A stretch of 58,094 nucleotides of DNA from a virus (taxonomy: Duplodnaviria > Caudoviricetes). The notes under the pieces were generated by a model. That model had not been told where the DNA came from. It searched no databases and worked only from the letters and a program-made list of their open reading frames with translations. Made by a program: the position numbers and the translations under genes. Shown here piece by piece: positions 27,821 to 37,696 of this stretch (position 1 is its first letter; each line of letters begins with the position of its first letter). The stretch lies in IMG/VR virus record IMGVR_UViG_3300030380_000249, positions 1-58,094 of that record. The stretch is one strand, 5' to 3'.

Positions 27821-28285
27821 CTATGAATCAGAGTCGCCTTTGCGACCTCCGAAGGTTACACGACTTTGCCTATCATTAGTAATAGGCATCGAAGGATGCT
27901 GCTCCTTCATTAAGTCCTGATCCACAGCAGTGATTTGTTCGCGTGTCCGATCACGGTAATATTCGGTTCTTTCCTGCGCTGTCTCTTCAGGTATACGGGC
28001 TAACATCAACCCACCGTTACCAATTACACCGGCATGTGTGCCTTCATCAAGAACCGCATAATCACGGCCAGGATACTCGTCAGCTCTGACTGGTTCCCAT
28101 CCCTCACGAAGTTTCGCGTGGACGTTCATCTTGTCGTCGTCGCCTCTGAGTGCTGTCCTGATCCAACGATGGCGATACCCATCGGGCGGTGTCGGTGCAT
28201 CTAGTCGGCTGGGCGGTGCCCATGGTTTTCTGCGCGTTTGCTTTTCGCGTGTTTCTGTAGACCGTGGTTGTCTTGTATCACTCAT
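27821..28285 (-). CDS. Conserved head-module protein
   Basis: WAPPS.LDAP..PDGY.HRWIR...REGWEPVR...GGL.LARIP. Confidence 0.7.
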   Translation of the reverse strand: MSDTRQPRSTETREKQTRRKPWAPPSRLDAPTPPDGYRHRWIRTALRGDDDKMNVHAKLREGWEPVRADEYPGRDYAVLDEGTHAGVIGNGGLMLARIPEETAQERTEYYRDRTREQITAVDQDLMKEQHPSMPITNDRQSRVTFGGRKGDSDS

Positions 28286-28288
28286 AAC

Positions 28289-29182
28289 TTAGTCCTTTAC
28301 ATACTTAGCGTATTCTTCCAAAGGAACTCCAAGTTTTTTAGCCATTGCTATCTGTGATGGTGACAACTTGACAGTCCTGCGCCCCTGCTTGTTGCTGCGG
28401 GATGCGGAAGTAGAAGCCGAGGCGACCCTTGTACTTCCCCCGTTCTGTTTGGCCCCCAACTCGTTTGGAAAACGAGATTTAAGACGAGAGTCCAATTCAT
28501 TGTAGTAGTCATCGCCAGATGGGTCAAACCCTTCTTCGTTGACTAAGTTATTATGAATTACAAACGCGGCCTGTGTCATGATCTCGTCATCACCAAACCA
28601 TTCGTTTGTTTCTGCCCACTTCTGTGCTCGTGGGTCTGGCTGTGCCTGTTGTGCCTGTTGTGGCTGTGTCTCCTGCGGAACCTCAACAGGTTGTGCCTGT
28701 TGCTCTTGGCGCTGTTTAGCAAGTCTATAGCGTTCTTGCTCAATGGCGATATGCGACAGCGCCTGTTGAGAATTGAACAAGGCATCCGCGTCACCGCGCT
28801 CATGAGCGTCCGTATACGCACGCTTGGCTTGTTCTAGCTGAGAATCCAAACGAGTGCCGTACTCACTAAGGTAGCCTTGATCAAGGTTACTGAGTTTGGT
28901 CTTGAGTTGTTCATTCTCTTGCTTCAAGACATCCGCAAGTCGCGCAGCTTCTTCCTTGTCGCGCTCGGCATAGCGGTACTTCTCAGTCAGCTTCTTGATG
29001 CGCTTCTGAACACCCTTACTGTAATTGTCTAATTCATCCTCGGACGCTTCGGCAGGCTCTTCAGTTTGAACCTCAACACGCTCTTCTTCAGCGTTAACCG
29101 TCTTCTTATCGTCCTCAAGCGTTACTTCAACGCTCTCTTCTTCAATTGCTTGAGCCTCTGCCATCTCCGTCTCCTTAGACAT
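28289..29182 (-). CDS. Capsid scaffolding protein
   Basis: Acidic coiled coil, YSKGVQKRI, W...N.WFG and C-terminal L..SQ.A.AKKLGV..EEYAK. Confidence 0.75.
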   Translation of the reverse strand: MSKETEMAEAQAIEEESVEVTLEDDKKTVNAEEERVEVQTEEPAEASEDELDNYSKGVQKRIKKLTEKYRYAERDKEEAARLADVLKQENEQLKTKLSNLDQGYLSEYGTRLDSQLEQAKRAYTDAHERGDADALFNSQQALSHIAIEQERYRLAKQRQEQQAQPVEVPQETQPQQAQQAQPDPRAQKWAETNEWFGDDEIMTQAAFVIHNNLVNEEGFDPSGDDYYNELDSRLKSRFPNELGAKQNGGSTRVASASTSASRSNKQGRRTVKLSPSQIAMAKKLGVPLEEYAKYVKD

Positions 29183-29642
29183 GCTTCACATCATCGGGTT
29201 CAAGAAGGGTAGCAATCACTTCGTCATCATTTATGACGCGAACCTCTCCACCTTCGATCTTGAACCTAGACCCTGCATAACGACCAATGCACACCCACTG
29301 ACCTTCCTGACACCATGGCTCTGGGTTATCGCCAAACTTGTTGGGATCTTGGTAAGCCAACGGCCCTAGCTTCAGCACATAAGCTACTACCGTAGCTAGT
29401 GCCTCACGCTCACGGGCTTGATCAGGAATAAGAATGCCACCATCGGTCTTTGCCTTGCCTTGATACGGCATAACAAGAAGTCGCCAACCCGTAGGTTGCG
29501 GCAAGCGTTCTTTCAGGGATTTGTCGATGAGACCGGGGTCTAAGACTCGCTGGTCTGCCTCTACATAAGCAGAATCTGCGGTAACGGGATCTTTTGCTTT
29601 TGATCTGGCAACATGATCAGGAACGTATAATGTCTTCGCCAT
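29175..29642 (-). CDS. groES: GroES-like co-chaperonin
   Basis: LPQPTGWRLLV...KTDGGILIPD...V..GPLAY...GRYAG......RVINDDEVIA, the Cpn10 signature. Confidence 0.85.
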   Translation of the reverse strand: MAKTLYVPDHVARSKAKDPVTADSAYVEADQRVLDPGLIDKSLKERLPQPTGWRLLVMPYQGKAKTDGGILIPDQAREREALATVVAYVLKLGPLAYQDPNKFGDNPEPWCQEGQWVCIGRYAGSRFKIEGGEVRVINDDEVIATLLEPDDVKHV

Positions 29643-29829
29643 CGTCTAAGTTTCTCTCCAGCAGGGTTTTAATTTCTTCCTTGGCGTAGACAAGTCCCTG
29701 TACTTCTCCCACCAACCGCTGGTACTGCTCAAAGTTCTGAACACCACCAGATGTTAACATGTCAGCGATTTGCTCCTCTCGCTGACTCAACAAGCTATAA
29801 ACATATTTTGCGAAGTCTGCAACATCCAT
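29617..29829 (-). CDS. Hypothetical protein
   Basis: G...FEQY...VG...GL motif, upstream of GroES. Confidence 0.65.
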   Translation of the reverse strand: MDVADFAKYVYSLLSQREEQIADMLTSGGVQNFEQYQRLVGEVQGLVYAKEEIKTLLERNLDDGEDIIRS

Positions 29830-29836
29830 CGGACAA

Positions 29837-30190
29837 TTAATATGTACCGCTAAAGTTTTTGCCTGTTACCGCCGCACCACAACCACGAGCCATATCATCT
29901 GCTTTTACGCTCATTCCCTTACGAAATGTCTTAACAGACTTGTCCAGACGCTTGGTGTCTCGCTCTTTGAACAGATCAGATTTTGCAATTTCTGCGGCGT
30001 CGTCATCACCAAACTCTGCTAGTTCTTGTAACTCAATGATCCTCGGCTCTGTAGAAGTAACCTCGCCGCCCTCATTGAACTTAACTATGCCGCCATCGGC
30101 TTTACGAAGCTCTTGAAAGTCCTCACCGGTGATCTTATCGCGAGGCTCTGCTACACGGGCAATCTTCATCTGCTTTTTTGTCAGTGGCAT
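29837..30190 (-). CDS. Hypothetical virion-associated protein
   Basis: ADGGIV and FNEGGEV motifs, C-terminal ARGCGAA..G..FSG. GGAGG SD. Confidence 0.6.
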   Translation of the reverse strand: MPLTKKQMKIARVAEPRDKITGEDFQELRKADGGIVKFNEGGEVTSTEPRIIELQELAEFGDDDAAEIAKSDLFKERDTKRLDKSVKTFRKGMSVKADDMARGCGAAVTGKNFSGTY

Positions 30191-30199
30191 GGCGCCCTC

Positions 30200-30589
30200 C
30201 TACTTCTTTCCAAAGAACTTCGTTGCTGATCTAACGCCAAAGCTGGCCGCTACAATCACACCCAGTGTATACTGATACCAGTCCGGCATCACCTCCAAAG
30301 CTGCAAAACCCTCTGCAACAATGGTTCTGCCCCACTCACCAGCAAAGGCCAGTATTAGCGGAATCGAGAACAAGATCGTTAGCCACTCGTCCTTCCAAGA
30401 CGATTGACTGCCCTTCGCCATCAGCTTTTCCCAATCAGCCGTTGACGTAGCAGCAGATACCATCACCTTGGCTTCAGCTTCCGCCTTTGCCTTGGCAACC
30501 GCAGATTTGCCGCGTTGCTCTTCCGTTTTAGAGTCCATCCATGACCCAATTAGGCCGGATACAGGACCAATAAGTGCTTGTAACATCAA
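30200..30589 (-). CDS. Holin-like membrane protein
   Basis: SWKDEW followed by two transmembrane segments and P.WYQY...ASFG.R. Confidence 0.6.
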   Translation of the reverse strand: MMLQALIGPVSGLIGSWMDSKTEEQRGKSAVAKAKAEAEAKVMVSAATSTADWEKLMAKGSQSSWKDEWLTILFSIPLILAFAGEWGRTIVAEGFAALEVMPDWYQYTLGVIVAASFGVRSATKFFGKK

Positions 30590-30813
30590 TACACCTTTAC
30601 CTGATCTGAATTGACCTGTCTAGGAATACAGTACGCCGTAACTCGATCCTTGGGATCTAGCAGGTCTGAATGTCTATAATTTCCATACCTTTTGGAGACT
30701 TGATTCGCAAAATAGTTACATTCAGTGATTGAATAGAAATACATGTTTCCACTCTCTAGCTTGCGGAACTCTCCTGTGCCCAAGTATACCAGCAACAAAA
30801 AAGCGTCTATCAT
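30586..30813 (-). CDS. Hypothetical protein
   Basis: Hydrophobic N-terminus, F.....CN.FA...AYC.P motif, ATGA overlaps. Confidence 0.55.
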   Translation of the reverse strand: MIDAFLLLVYLGTGEFRKLESGNMYFYSITECNYFANQVSKRYGNYRHSDLLDPKDRVTAYCIPRQVNSDQVKVY

Positions 30814-31127
30814 TTACGGCTCATCCACGCTGTGGTGCCCATATACGCTCCAACGACACCGGCGCCGCTAATATAAAATAGATTGCTTATTTCACTAAGC
30901 GCCTCAATACGTTCAACAGATACCCATGGCGTAAACATGGCGGCAGTAAACACCCCCATGCCAATCAAAGTGTATCTCGCCATCCGCAGTTGAGCTAAAC
31001 TTTTTCTCAAGTCGCGCTCTGTCTCTCGTATTTCCTTGGCGTGTTCTAATTCTTCGTCAGTAATTTCACCATCGCCGTCCAGATCATACTCGGCATACTC
31101 GGTGTCCTTCTGAAACTTCTTAACCAT
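30810..31127 (-). CDS. Membrane protein with EF-hand-like loop
   Basis: DLDGDGEITDEE plus two hydrophobic helices. Start MVKKFQ at 31127. Confidence 0.6.
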   Translation of the reverse strand: MVKKFQKDTEYAEYDLDGDGEITDEELEHAKEIRETERDLRKSLAQLRMARYTLIGMGVFTAAMFTPWVSVERIEALSEISNLFYISGAGVVGAYMGTTAWMSRK

Positions 31128-31599
31128 TCTCTTTCCTTTTGACATACAGCCATGCAAGAAAGACAAGGAACGCCCCAACCGATGTCACCAAAAGTATTAT
31201 GCAGATTACTTCAACGAACTTCCGGCGCCGTTCACGTTGCCTGTATAGGGTTTCCTGTCGTTGCTTTCGGATCCGGCCTTCCATGCGAATCAGCTCTTCC
31301 CAGTGAGACCTGCCCATTGTAAGTCCGATCCAGTTTTGCAACTCCAGACGTTGTTGCTGCGCCTTCTTTTTTGCCGCAAAAACCTCGATAGCCTCTTGTT
31401 CGACACTCTTTCCGCTGAATAGCTTCTTGAATATAGGAGGGTTCTTGGCCTCTTTTTCGGCCTGGTCTAGGTCAGATAATGCACCCATCCAACGCGAAAG
31501 ATCGGATGCCATCGACTCGATGTCCCGTCCTATCGCAAAACCTTTTTTAATGGCTCCAAATGCCGCCGAAGCGGTGGCCATCGCAGTTACTGGATCCAA
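31120..31599 (-). CDS. Membrane-anchored coiled-coil protein
   Basis: MDPVTAMA.A..AF..IK N-terminus and a C-terminal TM helix. Confidence 0.6.
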   Translation of the reverse strand: MDPVTAMATASAAFGAIKKGFAIGRDIESMASDLSRWMGALSDLDQAEKEAKNPPIFKKLFSGKSVEQEAIEVFAAKKKAQQQRLELQNWIGLTMGRSHWEELIRMEGRIRKQRQETLYRQRERRRKFVEVICIILLVTSVGAFLVFLAWLYVKRKENG

Positions 31600-34077
31600 T
31601 TATCCCTTACGCATCGCCAACTCACGCTGGGTCTGGATGCGTTCCCTGTTCACATCTGCCCTATCTTCCGCGATCTCCTCTTGGAGTTCGATTCGCGCTG
31701 CGTCAGTCATGGCTCTCTGCTGGAGCTTCTGGCGTTCCAAATCAAGTTCTGCCGAGTCCTGCGCCGCTCTGCGCTGGGACTCGTTAGCCTTGATAGCAAG
31801 CTCTTGCTGCCGGATTGCTACAAGAGGATCTTGTTGCCCTTCCGGCGGTGCAAGCATCTGAATGATTTCTTGGGTGAACTGTGCTTCTAGTTTTGCAACT
31901 TCGGCTTCAACCATGTCCTCACTCATCGCAGATGCTGCTTGCATTTGTTGTTGCGCCATCATGGGGTCTACTGCCCCCATCTGAGCGGCCAATGCCATTT
32001 GCTGCGCCTGCGCCTGCTGTTCTTGGACTTGAGCCATCACAGTCAAACGTGCCTTCATGGACACATGATCCTGAAGGTGCCCCATGAATATAGCATAAAT
32101 GTTAGGCGATGTAGAGACCAACGGCAACTTCATGAACATGATGTGTGCCATAATATGAGCGTCATGGTCCTGCTGTTGGAAGGCTGTCAGGAGTTCGCCC
32201 TGCATTCCCTTGGCATTCTCAATGCTGGGACTCGTAGGCTGCGGTTCCTTCTTGGCCGGCAGAATCTCATCAATGTTCTGCACTTCTAGCGCCTGATACA
32301 TACGCTTGTATGCTTCATGGAGATTGTGGATCTGCGGATTCGACTGCGCCAACTGTAGCTGTGTCTGCGCTAGCGTTACCCGTTGTGACATCGAGAAGAT
32401 GTTGGGATCCGATACTGGAACCACATCTACGCGACCATCAAAGTCCTGTGCTTTGATCTCTGAAGGTGCTCCGGCTACCTCATAAGGATACACAGGAGGG
32501 AGATTTTCTGCGAAGATTCTAGCGAGGAGCCGGAACTCTGTCTTCTGAGCATAATGCAGGCGCTTGTGAATGGCCGACATGACCTTCATACCGCGCTCAA
32601 GCAATGCCACAGTTGTACCTACGGGCATGTCTCCACTTTGAGCGCCGTCACCAATCTGCTGATCGGCGATAGACACAAAGCGACGACCACCCTCAATCAA
32701 AGAGGCCAGCAACTGCGCTAGCGTGCCTGACGGCTCTTTGAATGGAAGCGGAATGATAGAGTTGCGGATGTCGCCACCAGGCGCATCAATGTCTCTGAAC
32801 TCACCAGGACTTAGCGGTTCGTCATCGTTACGGATGCGAATGCCCCGCGCCTTGAATCCAGACGGCAAGTTTGCCAGTGTGCCGGAATCAATCAACTGAC
32901 GAAGGATGCTGGTCGTAGCGCGACCCAGCCCACCAATCATGTGGATCAAGCCGAAGCCATAGAAACCCAGACCGGGCAGGAATTTGTAGTGTACGAAATA
33001 CTGACGCTTACGCTTCAGCGAATCTTCTTGATCATAGTTACGAGTGATCGACAGAATCTCACCTGACCCGTGGTCAATCGTAACGACATACGGCAGCTTG
33101 ATCTCGGTGGGCTGACCATCGGGACCAACGTCTTCAAAACCCTCTAGATCCAGATCGACATGCATCTCCAAAACGGTGTGAATGTCGTCCGTATACCCTT
33201 TGCTAATACCCTCAAGTTCATCAACCTTGTCGCGAACCGGATCGTCTACATTGTCATCTATCGACACCTCTACGTCCTTGTAGATGCCTGCAACCTGCAT
33301 CTTGCGAAGCTGGTTGCCATCCATACGCAGAACGTGCGTTACACGAGGTGCAGTGTTCAGATCGGTGGCGGAGTACGACACAACCAGATCTTCCGAAGGC
33401 ACAAATGCCGATACCGCACGAGCCTTGGTGGGATCAAAGTAAACCTTCTTGAAGGTAGAACCGGACAGCGGCAGATAGAACAGCATCTGATCCGTGTCAG
33501 GATCAAACTCCTCCATGACCTCAGTAACCTGATAGTTCATGAAGTTCTTCACGCGGCTGGCCTGCGCTTCTTTCTCCATGGTCTTGGAGCCAAGAACCTG
33601 CGTCTTCACAGGACCGCCGGCAGGCAGAAGTTCCTTATATGCTTGCGCTTGGAACTGCGTGACGGATTCGGCAATCAAAGGGTGTGTTACGCCAGATGCG
33701 CCCTCAAACGGCTGAGTGCGCTCCTGATACTTGATACCAAGAAGATCCAGACCCTTGGTATACGCCTGTTCCCAATCCTCGCGAGACTCCATGTCTTCTT
33801 CGTACAAACCACGAAGTTCGCTGGATATCTCACCCAAAACATCGTCATCAATGATCTCGGCGAGATTCGCCATGTGATCATATTGCTCAGTCTCTACCTC
33901 AAGACCGTCAGGCACACCGCCCATGAGAGCCTGCACAATTGCGCTACCGTCAGGCTGCTGAACAACCTCGGCGCCTCCAGCAAAGTCTGGAGCCTGCGGG
34001 ATCTCTACGTCCATACCCTGCGGCGCTTCAATGCCAGAGTCTGTCAAGCTGCCCATCGGGCGTGGAGGTAGTGCCAT
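31600..34077 (-). CDS. Portal protein
   Basis: SR.DWE..Y.KGLDLLG, PF.GASGV.HP, GSTFKKVY, PGLGFYGFGLIH. Directly after TerL. Start MALPP at 34077. Confidence 0.9.
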   Translation of the reverse strand: MALPPRPMGSLTDSGIEAPQGMDVEIPQAPDFAGGAEVVQQPDGSAIVQALMGGVPDGLEVETEQYDHMANLAEIIDDDVLGEISSELRGLYEEDMESREDWEQAYTKGLDLLGIKYQERTQPFEGASGVTHPLIAESVTQFQAQAYKELLPAGGPVKTQVLGSKTMEKEAQASRVKNFMNYQVTEVMEEFDPDTDQMLFYLPLSGSTFKKVYFDPTKARAVSAFVPSEDLVVSYSATDLNTAPRVTHVLRMDGNQLRKMQVAGIYKDVEVSIDDNVDDPVRDKVDELEGISKGYTDDIHTVLEMHVDLDLEGFEDVGPDGQPTEIKLPYVVTIDHGSGEILSITRNYDQEDSLKRKRQYFVHYKFLPGLGFYGFGLIHMIGGLGRATTSILRQLIDSGTLANLPSGFKARGIRIRNDDEPLSPGEFRDIDAPGGDIRNSIIPLPFKEPSGTLAQLLASLIEGGRRFVSIADQQIGDGAQSGDMPVGTTVALLERGMKVMSAIHKRLHYAQKTEFRLLARIFAENLPPVYPYEVAGAPSEIKAQDFDGRVDVVPVSDPNIFSMSQRVTLAQTQLQLAQSNPQIHNLHEAYKRMYQALEVQNIDEILPAKKEPQPTSPSIENAKGMQGELLTAFQQQDHDAHIMAHIMFMKLPLVSTSPNIYAIFMGHLQDHVSMKARLTVMAQVQEQQAQAQQMALAAQMGAVDPMMAQQQMQAASAMSEDMVEAEVAKLEAQFTQEIIQMLAPPEGQQDPLVAIRQQELAIKANESQRRAAQDSAELDLERQKLQQRAMTDAARIELQEEIAEDRADVNRERIQTQRELAMRKG

Positions 34078-35543
34078 TAATAATACTCCCGTTTCCTCGG
34101 ATACCAATCAGAGTTATCGTTCTCGCCCTCAAGCTCGATGAACCCACCCTGCCGGAAACGAATCAAAGCCATCGTCATGCTATCGACAAAATCGTCATGC
34201 TCCCCATGTGGGAACGCAAGACACTCTTCAATAACTTCCTCCGAGAACTTCTGTTCCGGTGCCCACACCATCCCCGCCTCAAACAGCGGAGCCACCGTGT
34301 GCATACGGGTGATCTTATCACGGCCTTTGCTTGGTGTATAGTTCATGACCGGAATGCCGGCAGCACGTAGCTCGTCCGTCAGTGGCTGGCCCGACGCCTT
34401 CGCTTCAATAATGACCATATCAGGTTCCCAATACTCGTACTCTTCTCCTGCCACCTCTTTAAGTTCAGGGAAGTTCCAACGACCACGACGAGCATCCATA
34501 AGAATGATATTATCGGCACCGGTATCTTCATTTGCAAAAACTCCCCATGTCGTAATCGCCGAGAAGTCAGCCGTCTCTTTCTTGCTGAAAGCCGTGTCAT
34601 ACGCCTGAATGATGTACTTCACAGGCGGAATCTTCTCCTTCTCCCACATCTGCCACCACTCTTTCTTGACGATGGCGCCCTCTTCGGCTGTCGGATTCTG
34701 CTGCCACTGTGCGTTCCACTTGGCTACAGGCAAAGATGCCTTGACCTTGACCAGGTCATCCTTGTTCCAGAACTCCGGCCAGAGCGGTTTGTCGGACGGA
34801 AGTATGGCTGGGAACTCCACAACCTCCCATTCGTCCGCCATCTGGTCAGAACCCTGCATCTTGAGCACCTGACCGGTCAAATCCTTCTGGCCCCAGCGCG
34901 TCATGACGATGATTATCGCCCCACCAGGCTGTAAACGCTGTCTTGGACCGGATGTGTACCAGTCAAAGGCGTGATCGAAGGCCGTGCTGGACAATGCGTC
35001 CTGCTCTGAGTGCGGATCGTCAATAATCAGCAAATCCGCGCCGCGACCCGTCATTGCTGCGCCCACTCCGGCAGCAAAATACTCGCCTCCAGCCGATGTT
35101 CCCCATCTTCCGGCGGCTTTATCGTCCGCTTTTAGGCCCGTATCGGGGAAAATGGTGTGAAAATCGGGCGTGTCGATCAAATCACGCACTTTTCTGCCGA
35201 ATCTGACCGCCAATTCGGTGTTATGGGTGGCCTGAATGATCTTTAGCTTCGGATTCCGGCCCAAAAACCACGCCGGCATCAGATATGAGGCAAATTCTGA
35301 CTTACTATGACGCGGCGGCATGTTCACAATAAGCCGTTTCAGCTCACCCCGCGCCACTCTTTCCAGCTTTTCCGCAATAATCCGGTGATGACGGCCCTCG
35401 ATGAAGCCATCATACACATGATGCACGAATGGCATGAACTGATCGCGTGCCTTTTCGCGTATACTGAGCCGGACCTGCTGGTTCTGAAGAGCATATATCT
35501 CCTTCAGAACCTCTTCTGGAACCGTATCAAACTTGTCGGCCAA
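34077..35543 (-). CDS. terL: Terminase large subunit
   Basis: Walker A NMPPRHSKS, Walker B LLIIDDPH, nuclease motifs YDTA and HDDFVDS. Probable TTG start at 35543 after AGGAG. Confidence 0.95.
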   Translation of the reverse strand: MADKFDTVPEEVLKEIYALQNQQVRLSIREKARDQFMPFVHHVYDGFIEGRHHRIIAEKLERVARGELKRLIVNMPPRHSKSEFASYLMPAWFLGRNPKLKIIQATHNTELAVRFGRKVRDLIDTPDFHTIFPDTGLKADDKAAGRWGTSAGGEYFAAGVGAAMTGRGADLLIIDDPHSEQDALSSTAFDHAFDWYTSGPRQRLQPGGAIIIVMTRWGQKDLTGQVLKMQGSDQMADEWEVVEFPAILPSDKPLWPEFWNKDDLVKVKASLPVAKWNAQWQQNPTAEEGAIVKKEWWQMWEKEKIPPVKYIIQAYDTAFSKKETADFSAITTWGVFANEDTGADNIILMDARRGRWNFPELKEVAGEEYEYWEPDMVIIEAKASGQPLTDELRAAGIPVMNYTPSKGRDKITRMHTVAPLFEAGMVWAPEQKFSEEVIEECLAFPHGEHDDFVDSMTMALIRFRQGGFIELEGENDNSDWYPRKREYY

Positions 35544-37257
35544 GAGCCGCTCCTGTCGGCGACAGACCCTGTATACCCTGCGACACGTTAGGACGGAGCA
35601 CAAACGGATTTACCTGCCCAACCTGTGTCGCTTGAGTCATAGGCGAGAAAGATGTCGGAAAACCACCGGATGGGAAGAACTGGAACCCAGAGCCGGGGGC
35701 CGCAGTCGTCACATCATCTACAGGCTGACAGACCCCATTCACCAACTGGTAACCTGGAGGACACGGATCCTGTGGCGATTTTGTAACGTCCGTGGTCATC
35801 GCCTCTTCAGGCTCTTGATATGAATCCGAACCGGATAAAGACGTTCCGGTGTACGCTCCCCTATCAAGTAAATCCTCTACGGTCTGTGGTGGTCCCATCA
35901 TCATGTTTTGAAGACCGGTTACGGCGTTTCCAAGAACACCCATCCCCGGTGTTCCTACCTGACCTATGACGTTGCCTTGATCGTCCAGTTCATAGCCATA
36001 TGCTTGAGAACCCATAAGATTAGCGGCTCTCACAGAAAGCGGTAGGTTTTCGCGTTGCGCTTCAGTCAGGCCGGCTAGGTTCCTTGTTACCGTAACACCG
36101 TCAGGTCTTGTATATGTCTCAAGGCCAATCGGAAGTCCGTCTCTGTATCCAGGGCGATTAGGGTCTGTAAGATCCCGTGCAAAAATGTCTGTCTCTGCGT
36201 CTACCATGTCTGGCAGAGGACCAGACACCGCTGGCGCAGCAGCTCCAGACACGTTCATAGGTGCCGTACCTGTTTGAAGTAGAGGATCAGTTCCCCGTGC
36301 TCTAGCTTCCTGATCCAAGGCAACTTGTTCAATTGGAGCAACGGACAAAACGCCTGGGTCAACTATGGCTGACGCAGTGGCGGCTTCGGGCAAGGATTGA
36401 ATGCCTACCGGAACAAGCGCCTGACGAGAAGGTGCCGCAAACGGATTCGGCGCATTAAGATCCACGCGTCCCGCACCAGCCAAACCAAGTTCTTCACGCG
36501 CTTCTACATCCGCTAAATCCTGACGAGCACCTTCGTCGCCTAACGTGGCGCGATTGCGAATCTCCTGTAATATGCTCTGCCGCTCCTCTTGCGGAGTGCC
36601 TTGTGCTAACATTCTGTTTGTTAGAAGTGTGTTATTCGTACCACTGTATGGCGAGGTCCGTAACGCTTCTGCAATCGCGTCACGGGGATTCGGTGACGGC
36701 AAAGACATGAGTTGCATCTCTGGACCCATGGCCGGAGGAGCACGAACCCCTGCCACCTCCGCCGCACGAAACGCCTCTGGTGACATGGTCGGCTGAGTCA
36801 CATCAATGTTTGCAAGTGCCGAACCCGCAGGAGCGCCAGCCAACCTGCCAGCCGCCGCCGCACGCTCTACTGCCGCTTGCTCCTTTCGAGCAACTTCCGC
36901 CGCTAGACTCGCCGCACTGCGAGATAAGACGCCGTCTGATATTTCTCTGCGAACAATCTCATCAGCATTAGCACCTACGACTCCTTGTAGCGCCAACTCG
37001 TTCATACGAGCAACGCGATCACGGGTCGCCTGCTCTCGCGCAAAATCCTGCTGCGCCATAGAACGCTCAAAGTCAGTGCCAGTCGTAACAACACTCTGCG
37101 TGCCATCACGGTTGGTAGATGTTACAGGACTGCCACTACTGTCAGTAACCGTGCCGGATCTTGCCGCCGCTTGCTCACGAGCACGCATTTCATTCGGATT
37201 AGAGCGATCTACGTTATCGCTGCCTGCTTCGTTACCGCTGTCTGCTGATTCACCCAT
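35527..37257 (-). CDS. Low-complexity Ala/Pro/Gly-rich protein, possibly virion-associated (576 aa)
   Basis: Long ORF between the acyltransferase and TerL, with a CPPGYQLVNGVC motif. Confidence 0.55.
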   Translation of the reverse strand: MGESADSGNEAGSDNVDRSNPNEMRAREQAAARSGTVTDSSGSPVTSTNRDGTQSVVTTGTDFERSMAQQDFAREQATRDRVARMNELALQGVVGANADEIVRREISDGVLSRSAASLAAEVARKEQAAVERAAAAGRLAGAPAGSALANIDVTQPTMSPEAFRAAEVAGVRAPPAMGPEMQLMSLPSPNPRDAIAEALRTSPYSGTNNTLLTNRMLAQGTPQEERQSILQEIRNRATLGDEGARQDLADVEAREELGLAGAGRVDLNAPNPFAAPSRQALVPVGIQSLPEAATASAIVDPGVLSVAPIEQVALDQEARARGTDPLLQTGTAPMNVSGAAAPAVSGPLPDMVDAETDIFARDLTDPNRPGYRDGLPIGLETYTRPDGVTVTRNLAGLTEAQRENLPLSVRAANLMGSQAYGYELDDQGNVIGQVGTPGMGVLGNAVTGLQNMMMGPPQTVEDLLDRGAYTGTSLSGSDSYQEPEEAMTTDVTKSPQDPCPPGYQLVNGVCQPVDDVTTAAPGSGFQFFPSGGFPTSFSPMTQATQVGQVNPFVLRPNVSQGIQGLSPTGAALGRQV

Positions 37258-37696
37258 GCTTCAATCTCCAAGCATTGCCCTGCCTGCCGTCAGGCCGTTT
37301 CCAGTGCGCCACATCATGATCCGTGACATCACTCAAGAATCGGCGCATGTCTCTCGCAATATACAATACACTATCAACCGCAACCATGTCCATGACCCAC
37401 AACTGATCGCCAGAAGTCCGCGAAAATACCTCTCGGCCACTATACTCCCGCGTCTCAGCCTCCTCAAATGTCATGTAACACCAAGTCGCAAAACCAATCA
37501 ACGAACCATCACGCATCCAATATCGAACCTTCCCATGCTCAATCGCAGGAATGAACCGAAAGCCAAGATCCCTGATCCGCTGGTCCCTGTACCACGGCGC
37601 ACTGTCCAACAACACACACAGCCGGCCAAACATCTCAAATGAATTTAGATCAGAATTTTTTTCCACGCCTAGGGACTCCTTTAGACATTCGTACAA
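37250..37696 (-). CDS. RTX-toxin-activating lysine acyltransferase-like protein (HlyC/TAAT family)
   Basis: L..SAPWYR....L.....PAI......IGFATW......E....SGDQLWVMDMVA pattern recalls HlyC. Start may be 37633. Confidence 0.6.
   Translation of the reverse strand: MYECLKESLGVEKNSDLNSFEMFGRLCVLLDSAPWYRDQRIRDLGFRFIPAIEHGKVRYWMRDGSLIGFATWCYMTFEEAETREYSGREVFSRTSGDQLWVMDMVAVDSVLYIARDMRRFLSDVTDHDVAHWKRPDGRQGNAWRLKHG

Noticed and set aside
33160-34071. 303-aa plus-strand ORF
   Set aside because: Antisense shadow of the portal gene with no recognisable motifs.
36806-37642. 278-aa plus-strand ORF
   Set aside because: Antisense to the acyltransferase and 576-aa genes, with shadow-like composition.
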